The notes beneath the pieces were generated by a model. The model did no database searches and had not been told where the DNA came from. It saw only the letters and a program-made list of their open reading frames with translations. From positions 1 through 50,583 of the forward strand of contig JAGXGX010000147.1 in the NCBI GenBank assembly GCA_024636515.1: a stretch of 50,583 nt of DNA. Direction: 5' to 3'. Of the stretch, positions 40,585 through 49,455 are shown one piece after another (the stretch's first letter is position 1; the number at the start of each line of letters is the position of its first letter). Origin of the DNA: Roseovarius sp. (GTDB taxonomy: Bacteria > Pseudomonadota > Alphaproteobacteria > Rhodobacterales > Rhodobacteraceae). Made by a program: the position numbers and the translations under genes.

Positions 40585-42120
40585 ATGCGCAGCTTGGCCA
40601 ACTCAGCATGGAACACGGCAATCAGCCTCGCGGCGCTTGCCCTGCTAGGCGGCCCGGCCTTGTCGGGTCCGTTGGACGAGCCGCATCTGCCTATCATCCC
40701 CAGAACCGAGGGCGAGGCAGCGCGCATTTCCGGCGCGCTGCTTCCCACCAGCGATTTTAGCGCGCCTGAGCGGTTTGAGGAGTTGCCAGCAGGCGCCGCC
40801 ACCGTGCGCGTTCGCGATTCTGCTGATGCGTTTTCGGACCCCTCGAACAATATCACCTTCGATGGCGAGCTAAAATTCAAGGTCGGAAATGGCCTGTTTC
40901 GCAAGCTGTGGGTGTCCTCGCCATCCTCGACGCTCGCCTCCGATGGGCTCGGCCCGCTGTTCAACGCGCGGTCGTGCCAGAGTTGCCATATCAAGGATGG
41001 TCGCGGCCATCCGCCCGAGGGCGCGCAGAAAAATGCGGTGTCGATGTTTCTGCGCATCCCGATCCCGGACGAGGCTGCACAGATCACGGAGATTGAGGAT
41101 TATTTGGGTACCGCACCCGACCCGATCTACGGCACTCAGCTACAGGATTTCGCGTTGCCGGGTATCCCGGCCGAATACCAGCTGCAAATCGCATACCACG
41201 AGATCCCCGTCGCACTTTCTGGCGGCGAAATGGCTAGCGTGCGCACGCCGACTTACACCGCTGCCAATCTGGGCTATGGCCCCATGCACCCGCAGGCCAT
41301 GCTTAGCCCGCGGGTTGCGCCCCAAATGATCGGGCTAGGCCTGCTTGAGGCGATCCCGGCGGCAGATATTCTGGCGGGCGCCGACCCGGACGATGCGGAT
41401 GGCGACGGCATATCTGGCCGTGCCAATATCGTGTGGTCGGCCGAGTATGACATGCCCATGCTGGGCCGCTTCGGCCTGAAGGCCGGCACCCCCACAGTGC
41501 GCGAGCAGAGCGCGGGGGCGTTCGCGGGTGATATCGGCATATCAAACCCAATCTTTGCCGATCCCTTTGGCGAATGTACCACCATTCAGGATGCCTGCCA
41601 GACCGCGCCGCATGGTGACGGCGACGATCGCGTCTATGAGATTGATGAGACCGGTTTAGACCTAGTGACGTTCTACAGTCGCAACCTTGGGGTGCCGGCG
41701 CGGCGCGATGTCGATGATCCGCAGGTGCTACGTGGCAAAAAGCTGTTTCAGGACACTGGCTGCGCCTCCTGCCATTCGCCAAAATTTGTGACCCACAGGC
41801 TAGAGGATCAGCCCGAACAGAGCTTTCAGTTGATCTGGCCGTATACCGATATGCTGTTGCACGACATGGGCGAGGGGCTGGCCGACAATCGGCCTGAGGC
41901 GCGCGCGACCGGGCGCGAATGGCGCACCGCGCCGCTATGGGGCATTGGCTTGACTGGACGCGTCAGCGGTCACACTTATTTCCTGCATGACGGGCGCGCA
42001 CGCTCTCTGCTGGAGGCAGTCTTGTGGCACGGGGGTGAGGCGCAAATCGCGCGAGATACCGTTAGTCAAATGCCGCCTGATGACCGCGACGCCCTGATTT
42101 CATATCTGGAAAGCCTCTGA
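40585..42120 (+). CDS. Di-haem oxidoreductase family protein
   Basis: DGLGPLFNARSCQSCH, GCASCH, LHDMG, WRTAPLWG, LHDGRARSLLEAVLWHGGEA; AAGGA RBS before ATG40585. Confidence 0.92.
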   Translation: MRSLANSAWNTAISLAALALLGGPALSGPLDEPHLPIIPRTEGEAARISGALLPTSDFSAPERFEELPAGAATVRVRDSADAFSDPSNNITFDGELKFKVGNGLFRKLWVSSPSSTLASDGLGPLFNARSCQSCHIKDGRGHPPEGAQKNAVSMFLRIPIPDEAAQITEIEDYLGTAPDPIYGTQLQDFALPGIPAEYQLQIAYHEIPVALSGGEMASVRTPTYTAANLGYGPMHPQAMLSPRVAPQMIGLGLLEAIPAADILAGADPDDADGDGISGRANIVWSAEYDMPMLGRFGLKAGTPTVREQSAGAFAGDIGISNPIFADPFGECTTIQDACQTAPHGDGDDRVYEIDETGLDLVTFYSRNLGVPARRDVDDPQVLRGKKLFQDTGCASCHSPKFVTHRLEDQPEQSFQLIWPYTDMLLHDMGEGLADNRPEARATGREWRTAPLWGIGLTGRVSGHTYFLHDGRARSLLEAVLWHGGEAQIARDTVSQMPPDDRDALISYLESL

Positions 42121-42123
42121 CAT

Positions 42124-43137
42124 ATGCGCCTGATACCTCTCTGCCTCGCCATTCTGCTGCCCGCCACGGCCTTTGCCCAGACTGCGGCGGACACGGCGCA
42201 AAGTGCCGTGACGCAGCATATCCTGCCCCGCTACGAGGCGCTGGCCAAGGCTGGCGCGACGCTGGCTAAGACTGCGCAAGCCGAATCCAGCCCAGAGACG
42301 CCCGCCCTGACGGCGGCGTATGACGATGCCTTCGACGCGTGGATCGCGGCCAGCCACTTGCGCTTTGGTCCCAGCGAGGCACAGGACCGCGCATTCGCGC
42401 TGGCGTTCTGGCCGGATACGCGTGGGATCACGCCGCGCGCCTTGGCCGCACTGATAAATGACGCCGATCCAGTGGTGCGTGATCCCGGCGCGTTTGCCGG
42501 TGTGTCCATCGCTGCGCGTGGGTTTTATGCGCTGGAGTTCTTGCTGTACGATCCTGAAATTCTGGCAATGGGCGATGCCGATTATCGCTGCGATCTGGTG
42601 CGCGCAGTGACGGCCGATATCGCGGAGCTTAGCGCGGATATTCTGGCAGGCTGGCAAGGCGATTTCGCCGCCAAGGTTCTGAGCACCGGACAAGGTGGCC
42701 CCTATCGCAGCGACGAAGAAGCGGTGCAGGAGCTGTTCAATGCGCTGACCTATGGGCTCGAATTTACCTCCGATACGCGGCTGGGCCGCCCCTTGGGCAC
42801 CTTCGACAAGCCACGCCCAAAGCGGGCTGAGGCATGGCGCGCGGGCCGGTCCCTGCGCAACATTACGCTGTCGCTGACATCGCTTGATGATCTGTCGGGC
42901 ATCCTTGCACAGCGTGATCCCGAACTAACCGCGCGCTTGCAAGATGCGTTCCAGATCGCGATAGCAGATGCCGAAAGTCTGGATGATCCGATCCTCGAAG
43001 GCGTCGCTGATCCGCTGAAACGGTTGCGGGTGGAATCGCTACAGCAATCTATCGACCATGTGCGCGAGATTGTCCGCGATGAGTTGGGGCCAGAATTGGG
43101 CGTCGCGCCCGGCTTTAACGCGATGGACGGGGACTGA
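42124..43137 (+). CDS. Second imelysin-family protein
   Basis: Signal peptide; HLRFGP, FWPDTRG, ARGFYALEFLLY, RLGRPLG, GFNAMDGD. Confidence 0.88.
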   Translation: MRLIPLCLAILLPATAFAQTAADTAQSAVTQHILPRYEALAKAGATLAKTAQAESSPETPALTAAYDDAFDAWIAASHLRFGPSEAQDRAFALAFWPDTRGITPRALAALINDADPVVRDPGAFAGVSIAARGFYALEFLLYDPEILAMGDADYRCDLVRAVTADIAELSADILAGWQGDFAAKVLSTGQGGPYRSDEEAVQELFNALTYGLEFTSDTRLGRPLGTFDKPRPKRAEAWRAGRSLRNITLSLTSLDDLSGILAQRDPELTARLQDAFQIAIADAESLDDPILEGVADPLKRLRVESLQQSIDHVREIVRDELGPELGVAPGFNAMDGD

Positions 43138-43141
43138 CGCC

Positions 43142-44209
43142 ATGGCCAGCAGACGTGGCTTTCTGGCGGGACTTCTGGCCACCGGCCTTGCGCCCGCCGC
43201 AACATGGGCCGACGCGGGCGCGCCACGCTGGCTGTCGGCGGCTGGGTTGCCAGATGGCGGTTTTGCGTTGTGCGGAATTGGCGAGGATATGGGCCTGCGG
43301 TTTAGTATTCCGCTGCCGGGCAGGGGCCACGCCGCCGCCGCCCACCCCGAGCGGCCCGAGGCAGTCGCATTCGCCCGCCGCCCCGGCACGTTTGCTGTCG
43401 TGATCGACTGCGCCGACGGGCGCCAAACTGCCCAACTGGCCGCGCCGGCGGGTCGGCATTTTTACGGGCACGGCGCATTCTCATTGGATGGCCGCTGGCT
43501 GTACACCACCGAGAACGATTTCGAGGCTGCGCGCGGTGTCATTGGCATCTGGGATGCGCAGCACGGGTACAAACGCACGGGCGAATTCGCCAGCGGCGGA
43601 ACTGGCCCGCATGAGATACGGCGCATGCCCGGCAGTGAAGTGCTGGTCGTCGCCAATGGCGGAATCGAAACGCATCCGGCGTCGGGCCGGTCCAAACTAA
43701 ACATCGCCGTCATGCGGCCGAACCTCAGCTATATTGAGGACGGCGTCGTGGTCGAAACCGCTGCGCTGCCGCCTGCGATGCACAAAGGCTCAATCCGGCA
43801 TATTGCGGTGTCGCATAGCGGCGAGGTCGCGTTTGGGATGCAGTGGCAGGGCGATGCGGATGGCCCGGTACTGGTCGGTTTGCACCAGCGCGGCGGCGCG
43901 GTCCGCCTATGCACCGCGCCCGATGCGCAGCTGCGCGCGATGCAGGGCTATATCGGCAGCATTACCTTTGCCGCCGGACAGCGCGAGGTGGCGGTGACGT
44001 CGCCGCGTGGCGGATTGGTGCAAATGTTTGACACAGCCAGCGCCAGTTACCTGCGCAGCGATGCGATGGCAGATGCTTGCGGTGTTGCATCCTGCGCAGG
44101 CGGGCTGATTGTGACGTCCGGAACCGGCGATCTGGTTCGGTTGGGGCGCGATGTGGCGCAGGTCGCCCATCCCGGCTTGATGTGGGACAATCATCTCGTC
44201 GCGCTCTAG
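43142..44209 (+). CDS. DUF1513 family protein (Tat-exported beta-propeller)
   Basis: SRRGFL Tat signal; RGHAAA, FARRPG, HFYGHG, TTEND, GPHE, VANGGIETHP, WDNHL. Confidence 0.92.
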   Translation: MASRRGFLAGLLATGLAPAATWADAGAPRWLSAAGLPDGGFALCGIGEDMGLRFSIPLPGRGHAAAAHPERPEAVAFARRPGTFAVVIDCADGRQTAQLAAPAGRHFYGHGAFSLDGRWLYTTENDFEAARGVIGIWDAQHGYKRTGEFASGGTGPHEIRRMPGSEVLVVANGGIETHPASGRSKLNIAVMRPNLSYIEDGVVVETAALPPAMHKGSIRHIAVSHSGEVAFGMQWQGDADGPVLVGLHQRGGAVRLCTAPDAQLRAMQGYIGSITFAAGQREVAVTSPRGGLVQMFDTASASYLRSDAMADACGVASCAGGLIVTSGTGDLVRLGRDVAQVAHPGLMWDNHLVAL

Positions 44210-44270
44210 ATCGGCCCTGCACCATGCTTTTTATTTGCCGATGTCATGAGGAACGCTCATGGTTTGGCGG

Positions 44271-45212
44271 ATGGATATCACCCTCATAAAAACATTCCTC
44301 GAAGTTGCCGCCTCCGGCTCGTTTGTGGCGGCGTCCGAGCGGCTGTTCGTCACGCAATCGGCGGTCTCCTTGCGCATTTTGCGGTTGGAGGACTCGCTGG
44401 GCCGGCCTCTTTTCACCCGGTCCAAAGCGGGCGCGGAACTGACCCCGGCGGGCCGCGAATTTCAGCACTATGCGCTGAGCCTGATCAATATCTGGGAAGA
44501 AGCGCGCCAGCAGATCGCCATCCCGGCAGGCTATACCAAGACGTTAACAATCGGCGCGCAGTACTCTCTCTGGCCGCGGTCTGGCTTTCGCTGGGTCGAC
44601 CGGCTGCGAGAGATCATGCCGCAGCTGAACATCCGCGCTGAGTTGGGGATGCCCGACCGCCTGACCCGCCTGCTGACCGAGGGCACTGTGCATGCAGCCC
44701 TGATGTATATCCCGCAGGTGCGACCAGGCCTGTCTGTCGAGAAGGTGATTGAGGAGGATCTGGTGCTGGTCGCGCCTTGGCCAGATCCGACGATGGATCT
44801 GGAGGGGCGCTACCTGTTCGTCGATTGGGGGCCGGAGTTCGTGCAGTCCCATGTGCAGGAGCTGCCCCACCTGACCAATCCGGGCCTGACATTCGCGCTG
44901 GGGGCGATGGCGACCGAGTTTATCCTGCTCCGCAACTATGCCGCCTATCTGCCCGCCAGATACGTCAAACGGTACATCGATAGTGGCCAGCTGCATCTGG
45001 TGCCTGAGGCGCCGGTGTTTCCCTTTCCCATCTGGTGCATTTTGCGGGAAGATTTGGACCCGGAAGTGGCAGAAATGGCACGCTCTGCACTGCTGGATGT
45101 GACCCTGAACAACGAGGTCGAGCAGGAGCAGGTCCTAGAGAAATGGCGTCAAATCAGTGATATGGACAGCATAGCGATCCTTGGCGATTTCAAGGGCAGA
45201 AATGATGAGTAA
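44271..45212 (+). CDS. LysR-family transcriptional regulator
   Basis: MDITLIKTFLEVAASGSFVAASERLFVTQSAVSLRILRLE; VDWGPEF. Confidence 0.92.
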   Translation: MDITLIKTFLEVAASGSFVAASERLFVTQSAVSLRILRLEDSLGRPLFTRSKAGAELTPAGREFQHYALSLINIWEEARQQIAIPAGYTKTLTIGAQYSLWPRSGFRWVDRLREIMPQLNIRAELGMPDRLTRLLTEGTVHAALMYIPQVRPGLSVEKVIEEDLVLVAPWPDPTMDLEGRYLFVDWGPEFVQSHVQELPHLTNPGLTFALGAMATEFILLRNYAAYLPARYVKRYIDSGQLHLVPEAPVFPFPIWCILREDLDPEVAEMARSALLDVTLNNEVEQEQVLEKWRQISDMDSIAILGDFKGRNDE

Positions 45213-45229
45213 TAATCGCTTTATCCTTG

Positions 45230-45247
45230 AGTGAAATGAATTTCACT
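45230..45247. promoter_or_regulatory. Palindrome upstream of the DUF481 gene
   Basis: AGTGAAAT-GA-ATTTCACT. Confidence 0.5.
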
Positions 45248-45338
45248 TATGTTGCTGCATTTCATATTTCAGTCTCAGCAGAGATGCTCCCGGTTCGAAA
45301 ATCAGATCGGGTCACCTTGTTGGGAAAGGAATACCCCC

Positions 45339-46166
45339 ATGAAAAACGCAACCAAACTGGCGTCTGCCACCGCCCTGGCGCTGCTTTTCGCTGCACCCGC
45401 TTTTGCTCAAGGCGCGATCGTCGGCATTGAAGGCCTGGATGATCGCATCGAGGACATTGAGCGCGACATTTCGCGCGACATGGACGATGGCGACGACGCC
45501 GACCGTTTCGGCAACAACCAGTTCGCCCAAGGCTGGGCTGGCAGCTTGTCGCTGGGTCTGTCTGCTACCGAGGGTAACACCGATACCGCCGATCTTTCGG
45601 TCGCTGGTCGCCTTCGCTACGGCAACGGTCCTTGGAACCACACTTTTGGTTTCGCGCTGGAAGCCGCTGAGGACAACAACACCCGCAACAAAGAAGAAGC
45701 ATTCGCCACCTACGAAGCGAACCGCTATCTCACCGAAGATTTCTACATCTTTGGCCTGGGCAGCGTGCGCTACGACGGCTTTGCTTCCAACAAGTGGGAC
45801 GCGTTCCTGGGCGCCGGTCCGGGCTACCGGATCATCAACACACCGCAGACCGCATGGCGCGTTCAGGCGGGCCCCGGCGTGCGCTACATCGAAGATCAGA
45901 ACGGCAATGACGACACCGAAGTTGCGGGTATCGCATCCTCGCGTCTGTACCAAAAGATCAACGACAACGCATTCCTGTCGAACGACACTGACGTGTTGTT
46001 CTCGGATAACGATACGCTCGTCGTCAACGATCTGGGTGTGACGTTCCAGCTGTCCAAGCGTCTGGCCACTCGTACCAGCCTGCGGACCGAATGGAACAGC
46101 GATCCGCTGCCCGGTCGCGACGATACCGATACATCGTTCAACGTGTCCCTCGTGGTCGGCTTCTGA
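45339..46166 (+). CDS. DUF481/YdiY-family outer membrane beta-barrel
   Basis: Signal peptide PAFA, GLSATEGNTD, GAGPGYR, QAGPGVRY, C-terminal F; AAGGA RBS. Confidence 0.88.
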   Translation: MKNATKLASATALALLFAAPAFAQGAIVGIEGLDDRIEDIERDISRDMDDGDDADRFGNNQFAQGWAGSLSLGLSATEGNTDTADLSVAGRLRYGNGPWNHTFGFALEAAEDNNTRNKEEAFATYEANRYLTEDFYIFGLGSVRYDGFASNKWDAFLGAGPGYRIINTPQTAWRVQAGPGVRYIEDQNGNDDTEVAGIASSRLYQKINDNAFLSNDTDVLFSDNDTLVVNDLGVTFQLSKRLATRTSLRTEWNSDPLPGRDDTDTSFNVSLVVGF

Positions 46167-46192
46167 TCCAAAGCCGATCATACAGACGACGG

Positions 46193-46225
46193 AACGGGGC
46201 AGAGCAATCTGCCCCGTTTTCGTTT
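46193..46225 (+). terminator. Intrinsic terminator
   Basis: AACGGGGCAGA-GCAA-TCTGCCCCGTT, then a T-rich tail. Confidence 0.85.
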
Positions 46226-46435
46226 GCGCGGGGGCGGTATTTGTCTGTGCGCGGGTGCTCGCAGCGTTCAACCAATTATCACGCCCTCGCTATGAAACTC
46301 TCAGTAGATGTTGCCGTTAGTCAGTGGAATGATACGGTACAAACAGCGCAATCCTGTCCCGGGACTTGCCAGTAAGTTTCCTATGGCGCACTCGGAGACG
46401 CCGTCTTAGATCGTTAACCAGATGCGGAGCGAATA

Positions 46436-47386
46436 ATGACACAAGACCCCTACGCTGCACTTGGTTTATCCAAAGACGCCACAGCGGACGAGATAAAGAA
46501 GGCCTATCGCAAGATTGCGCGAACGAGCCATCCTGACCTTCACCCTGATGATCCGGGTGCAGAGGCGCGGTTCAAGGCTGCGGGCCGCGCACATGACTTG
46601 CTAAAAGATCCCGAACAGCGACGCCGGTTCGACGCCGGAGAAATTGACGCGACCGGCGCCGAACAGGCCCCGCGCGGCTATTACCGGGATGACGCGCGCA
46701 GACCGGAGAACCCCTATACGCAGCGCCGCCCCGCAGCAGGGGGCGATCCTTTCGGCGATGGGTTCGACGCGGATGATTTCTTTGCCCAGTTCGCTCGCAG
46801 CCGCGGTGCTGGGTTTGGCGGCGACCCGCGCCGTGGTGCGCCCGGCGATATACCGGGGCAAGACGCGCAATACCGCCTCGCCGTGCCGTTTCTCGATGCC
46901 GCGCGGGGCGCCAAGACGCGGATCACCCTGCCAGATGGAAACGCGCTGGAGGTCACTATTCCCGAGGGTGCGCGCGATGGGCAGACCCTTAGGCTGCGTG
47001 GCAAAGGTGGCGCAGGCTATGGCGCAGGTCGGCCCGGCGACGCGTTTATCACGCTGGACGTCACCCCGGACCCTGACTTTGAGCGCGATGGCGACGATAT
47101 TGTCGTCACCTTGCCTATTTCTATCGACGAGGCGATCCTTGGTGGCAAAGTCCCTGTAAACACGGTGACAGGCGCGGTAAATGTATCGGTGCCTGCTGGT
47201 GCAAGTTCTGGTCAGGTGTTGCGGCTAAAGGGTCGCGGCGTCAAGGGACGCTCCGGCAAAGGAGATCAGCGCATTACGTTGCGCATCGTCAGCCCGCCCA
47301 AGATTGACGCCGAACTGAAACAGTTCATGGAAGGGTGGCAGGCGAAACACGCTTACAATCCCCGCGCTGGAAGGGAGACATCATGA
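46436..47386 (+). CDS. DnaJ class II co-chaperone (CbpA-like)
   Basis: J-domain with HPD, G/F-rich linker, no zinc finger, LRLRGKG/LRLKGRG C-terminal domain. Confidence 0.9.
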   Translation: MTQDPYAALGLSKDATADEIKKAYRKIARTSHPDLHPDDPGAEARFKAAGRAHDLLKDPEQRRRFDAGEIDATGAEQAPRGYYRDDARRPENPYTQRRPAAGGDPFGDGFDADDFFAQFARSRGAGFGGDPRRGAPGDIPGQDAQYRLAVPFLDAARGAKTRITLPDGNALEVTIPEGARDGQTLRLRGKGGAGYGAGRPGDAFITLDVTPDPDFERDGDDIVVTLPISIDEAILGGKVPVNTVTGAVNVSVPAGASSGQVLRLKGRGVKGRSGKGDQRITLRIVSPPKIDAELKQFMEGWQAKHAYNPRAGRETS

Positions 47387-47724
47387 CCAATGCCTTCGCC
47401 CCTGAGCAGGTGATCGAGACAATCACCTCCCTGACCGCAGAACGCCTGAGCCATTTCGAGCGTTTGAGTATCGTAACGCCTGTGATTACGCCCGATGGGC
47501 CGCGCTACCATACTCTGGATGTGCGCAGGATCACGCTTCTATGCGAGTTGACCGACGATTTCGAAGTGAACGAGGATGCGCTGGTCATTATCATGTCATT
47601 GATTGACCAGTTGCATGGCGCACATAGCAAGCTTGAGCAGATGGTGCAGGCCATTGGCGCAGAACCCACCGAGATTAAGGTGCGCGTGTCGCAGCGCCTG
47701 CATATTACTGGCTCGGACGACTGA
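47383..47724 (+). CDS. Chaperone modulator CbpM-like protein
   Basis: ATGA overlap with the cbpA-like gene; RITLLCELTDDFEVNEDALVIIMSLIDQLHG. Confidence 0.75.
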   Translation: MTNAFAPEQVIETITSLTAERLSHFERLSIVTPVITPDGPRYHTLDVRRITLLCELTDDFEVNEDALVIIMSLIDQLHGAHSKLEQMVQAIGAEPTEIKVRVSQRLHITGSDD

Positions 47725-47889
47725 TCTGCCGGTAAATCCGGGAGTTGTCGTTGGCCATGGGAGGCACGCCAGTCCGCGTTGCTGGAGTGCGGCCCCGCCG
47801 TAACTGCGGTTGTGGTCGACGCAGGCTGCCCCGCGGGACCTCTTTTCATCGTCGCCGATGCAATTTGCATCTTGCAAAACCCCATTCAT

Positions 47890-47915
47890 CATCCATATAC
47901 CATCCACATGGATGG
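47890..47915. promoter_or_regulatory. Candidate RHH operator
   Basis: CATCCA direct repeats at 47890 and 47901 plus the palindrome CCATCCA-CA-TGGATGG next to the RBS. Confidence 0.55.
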
Positions 47916-47924
47916 AGAGTTGAT

Positions 47925-48341
47925 ATGAGCAACGTCAGACAACTTCGAGATAAGGCTCCCGATAGCGAGAAGATCACCATCAATCTGGGCTATGTTGATC
48001 TGGGCCGGATCGATCTGCTGGTACAGGAGGGGTTCTACTCCAATCGCAGCGATTTTATCAGAACGGCGATCCGCAATCAGCTGGGCAGTCACGAAGTGGC
48101 CGTCAGTCAATCCATCGAGCGACACACGATGGAGCTGGGGCTGCGCGACTACACCGCTGCCGATCTTGAGGTGGTACGGAACGCAGGCGAGGTGCTGCAC
48201 GTTAGGGTCGTCGGCCTTGCGCGCATCGCTTCTGACGTCACGCCAGAGCTGGCTTTGGCCACCATCGGCTCCATCACTGTGCTGGGGGCGTTGCAGGCCA
48301 GCGCCGAGATCAAGAAAGCACTCGCAGACCGTATCCAATAG
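47925..48341 (+). CDS. CopG/ribbon-helix-helix transcriptional regulator
   Basis: SEKITINLGYVDLGRIDLLVQEGFYSNRSDFIRTAIRNQL. Confidence 0.85.
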   Translation: MSNVRQLRDKAPDSEKITINLGYVDLGRIDLLVQEGFYSNRSDFIRTAIRNQLGSHEVAVSQSIERHTMELGLRDYTAADLEVVRNAGEVLHVRVVGLARIASDVTPELALATIGSITVLGALQASAEIKKALADRIQ

Positions 48342-48365
48342 GCTGAGCAGCCAGAAATAAGGACG

Positions 48366-49454
48366 ATGAAAATGAAGAATTTTACCGCTGGCGCATCGCG
48401 CTGGGCGAATAATGATGCACGCGCAAATGGCTTGGAAAGTGCAAATGATTTGGTTCAGCGCACACTGGCGCAGCATGGGCTGGTGCCCGGCCAAAAGGCA
48501 GTATCGGGCGGCTCATTGCCCTCGATGAATGCGCTGATGGCACGGCTCGTGCCGCAGGGGGGCAACCTGTCGCCGCAACCAGCCACCGTTCCGGAAGGGG
48601 CGGAATTTCGGCAGGGCACCCATACCGGAAAAGCGGGAAGCCGGAACTATCGGACCTACGTTCCGGCCTCGATAACCGATGGCGCGCGCGGCATTGTGGT
48701 GATGCTGCACGGCTGCACGCAGAATCCCGAGGACTTTGCCGCTGGAACTGGCATGAACGCCTTGGCAGAAAAGCACCGCCTGATCGTGATCTACCCGGAG
48801 CAATCGCGCGGCGATAATGCGCAATCATGCTGGAACTGGTTCAGCCTTGGCGATCAGCGCCGCGATCGCGGAGAGCCTGAGATCCTTGTCGGCATGACCC
48901 GCAAGGCGATGGCGGAGCATGGGGTTTCACCCGACCGGACGTTTGTTGCGGGGCTGTCAGCCGGCGCTGCCATGGCGGTGATCCTTGGCGAGACATACCC
49001 AGACGTGTTTGGCGCTGTTGGCGTGCATTCCGGTCTGCCATTCGGCGCGGCAAAGGATGTGCCGTCTGCCTTTGCAGCGATGTCTGGCACCGCGCAGGAA
49101 AGCCCGCGCCGCGCATCCACTGCGGCAGCCACCCGCACCATAATCTTTCACGGAACGGCAGACGCGACAGTGCATCCCTCAAATGGGGATCGCATCGCTA
49201 GGGACGCCATGGATCGCGGGCCACGCCAAACTATTCAGCAAGACGATCGGGGCAGTGCAGGCGGCAGATCGTTCAACCGCAAAATTACGGTCGCGCCGGA
49301 TGGCACCACCGCGTTGGAGCATTGGACGATAGACGGGCTGGGCCATGCATGGTCGGGCGGCCAGCCTGCCGGGTCATACACCGACGCCAAAGGCCCCGAC
49401 GCCAGCGCCGAAATGATCCGCTTCTTCTTTAACGATGCCGACAAGGAAACCTGA
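48366..49454 (+). CDS. PHB-depolymerase-family (LpqC-like) alpha/beta esterase
   Basis: MLHGCTQ, CWNWF, GLSAGAAM nucleophile elbow, FHGTADATV, GHAWSGG, GPDAS. Confidence 0.9.
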   Translation: MKMKNFTAGASRWANNDARANGLESANDLVQRTLAQHGLVPGQKAVSGGSLPSMNALMARLVPQGGNLSPQPATVPEGAEFRQGTHTGKAGSRNYRTYVPASITDGARGIVVMLHGCTQNPEDFAAGTGMNALAEKHRLIVIYPEQSRGDNAQSCWNWFSLGDQRRDRGEPEILVGMTRKAMAEHGVSPDRTFVAGLSAGAAMAVILGETYPDVFGAVGVHSGLPFGAAKDVPSAFAAMSGTAQESPRRASTAAATRTIIFHGTADATVHPSNGDRIARDAMDRGPRQTIQQDDRGSAGGRSFNRKITVAPDGTTALEHWTIDGLGHAWSGGQPAGSYTDAKGPDASAEMIRFFFNDADKET

Positions 49455-49455
49455 G

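Noticed and set aside
45312-46271. 319-aa antisense ORF over the DUF481 gene
   Set aside because: Shadow frame produced by strong codon bias.
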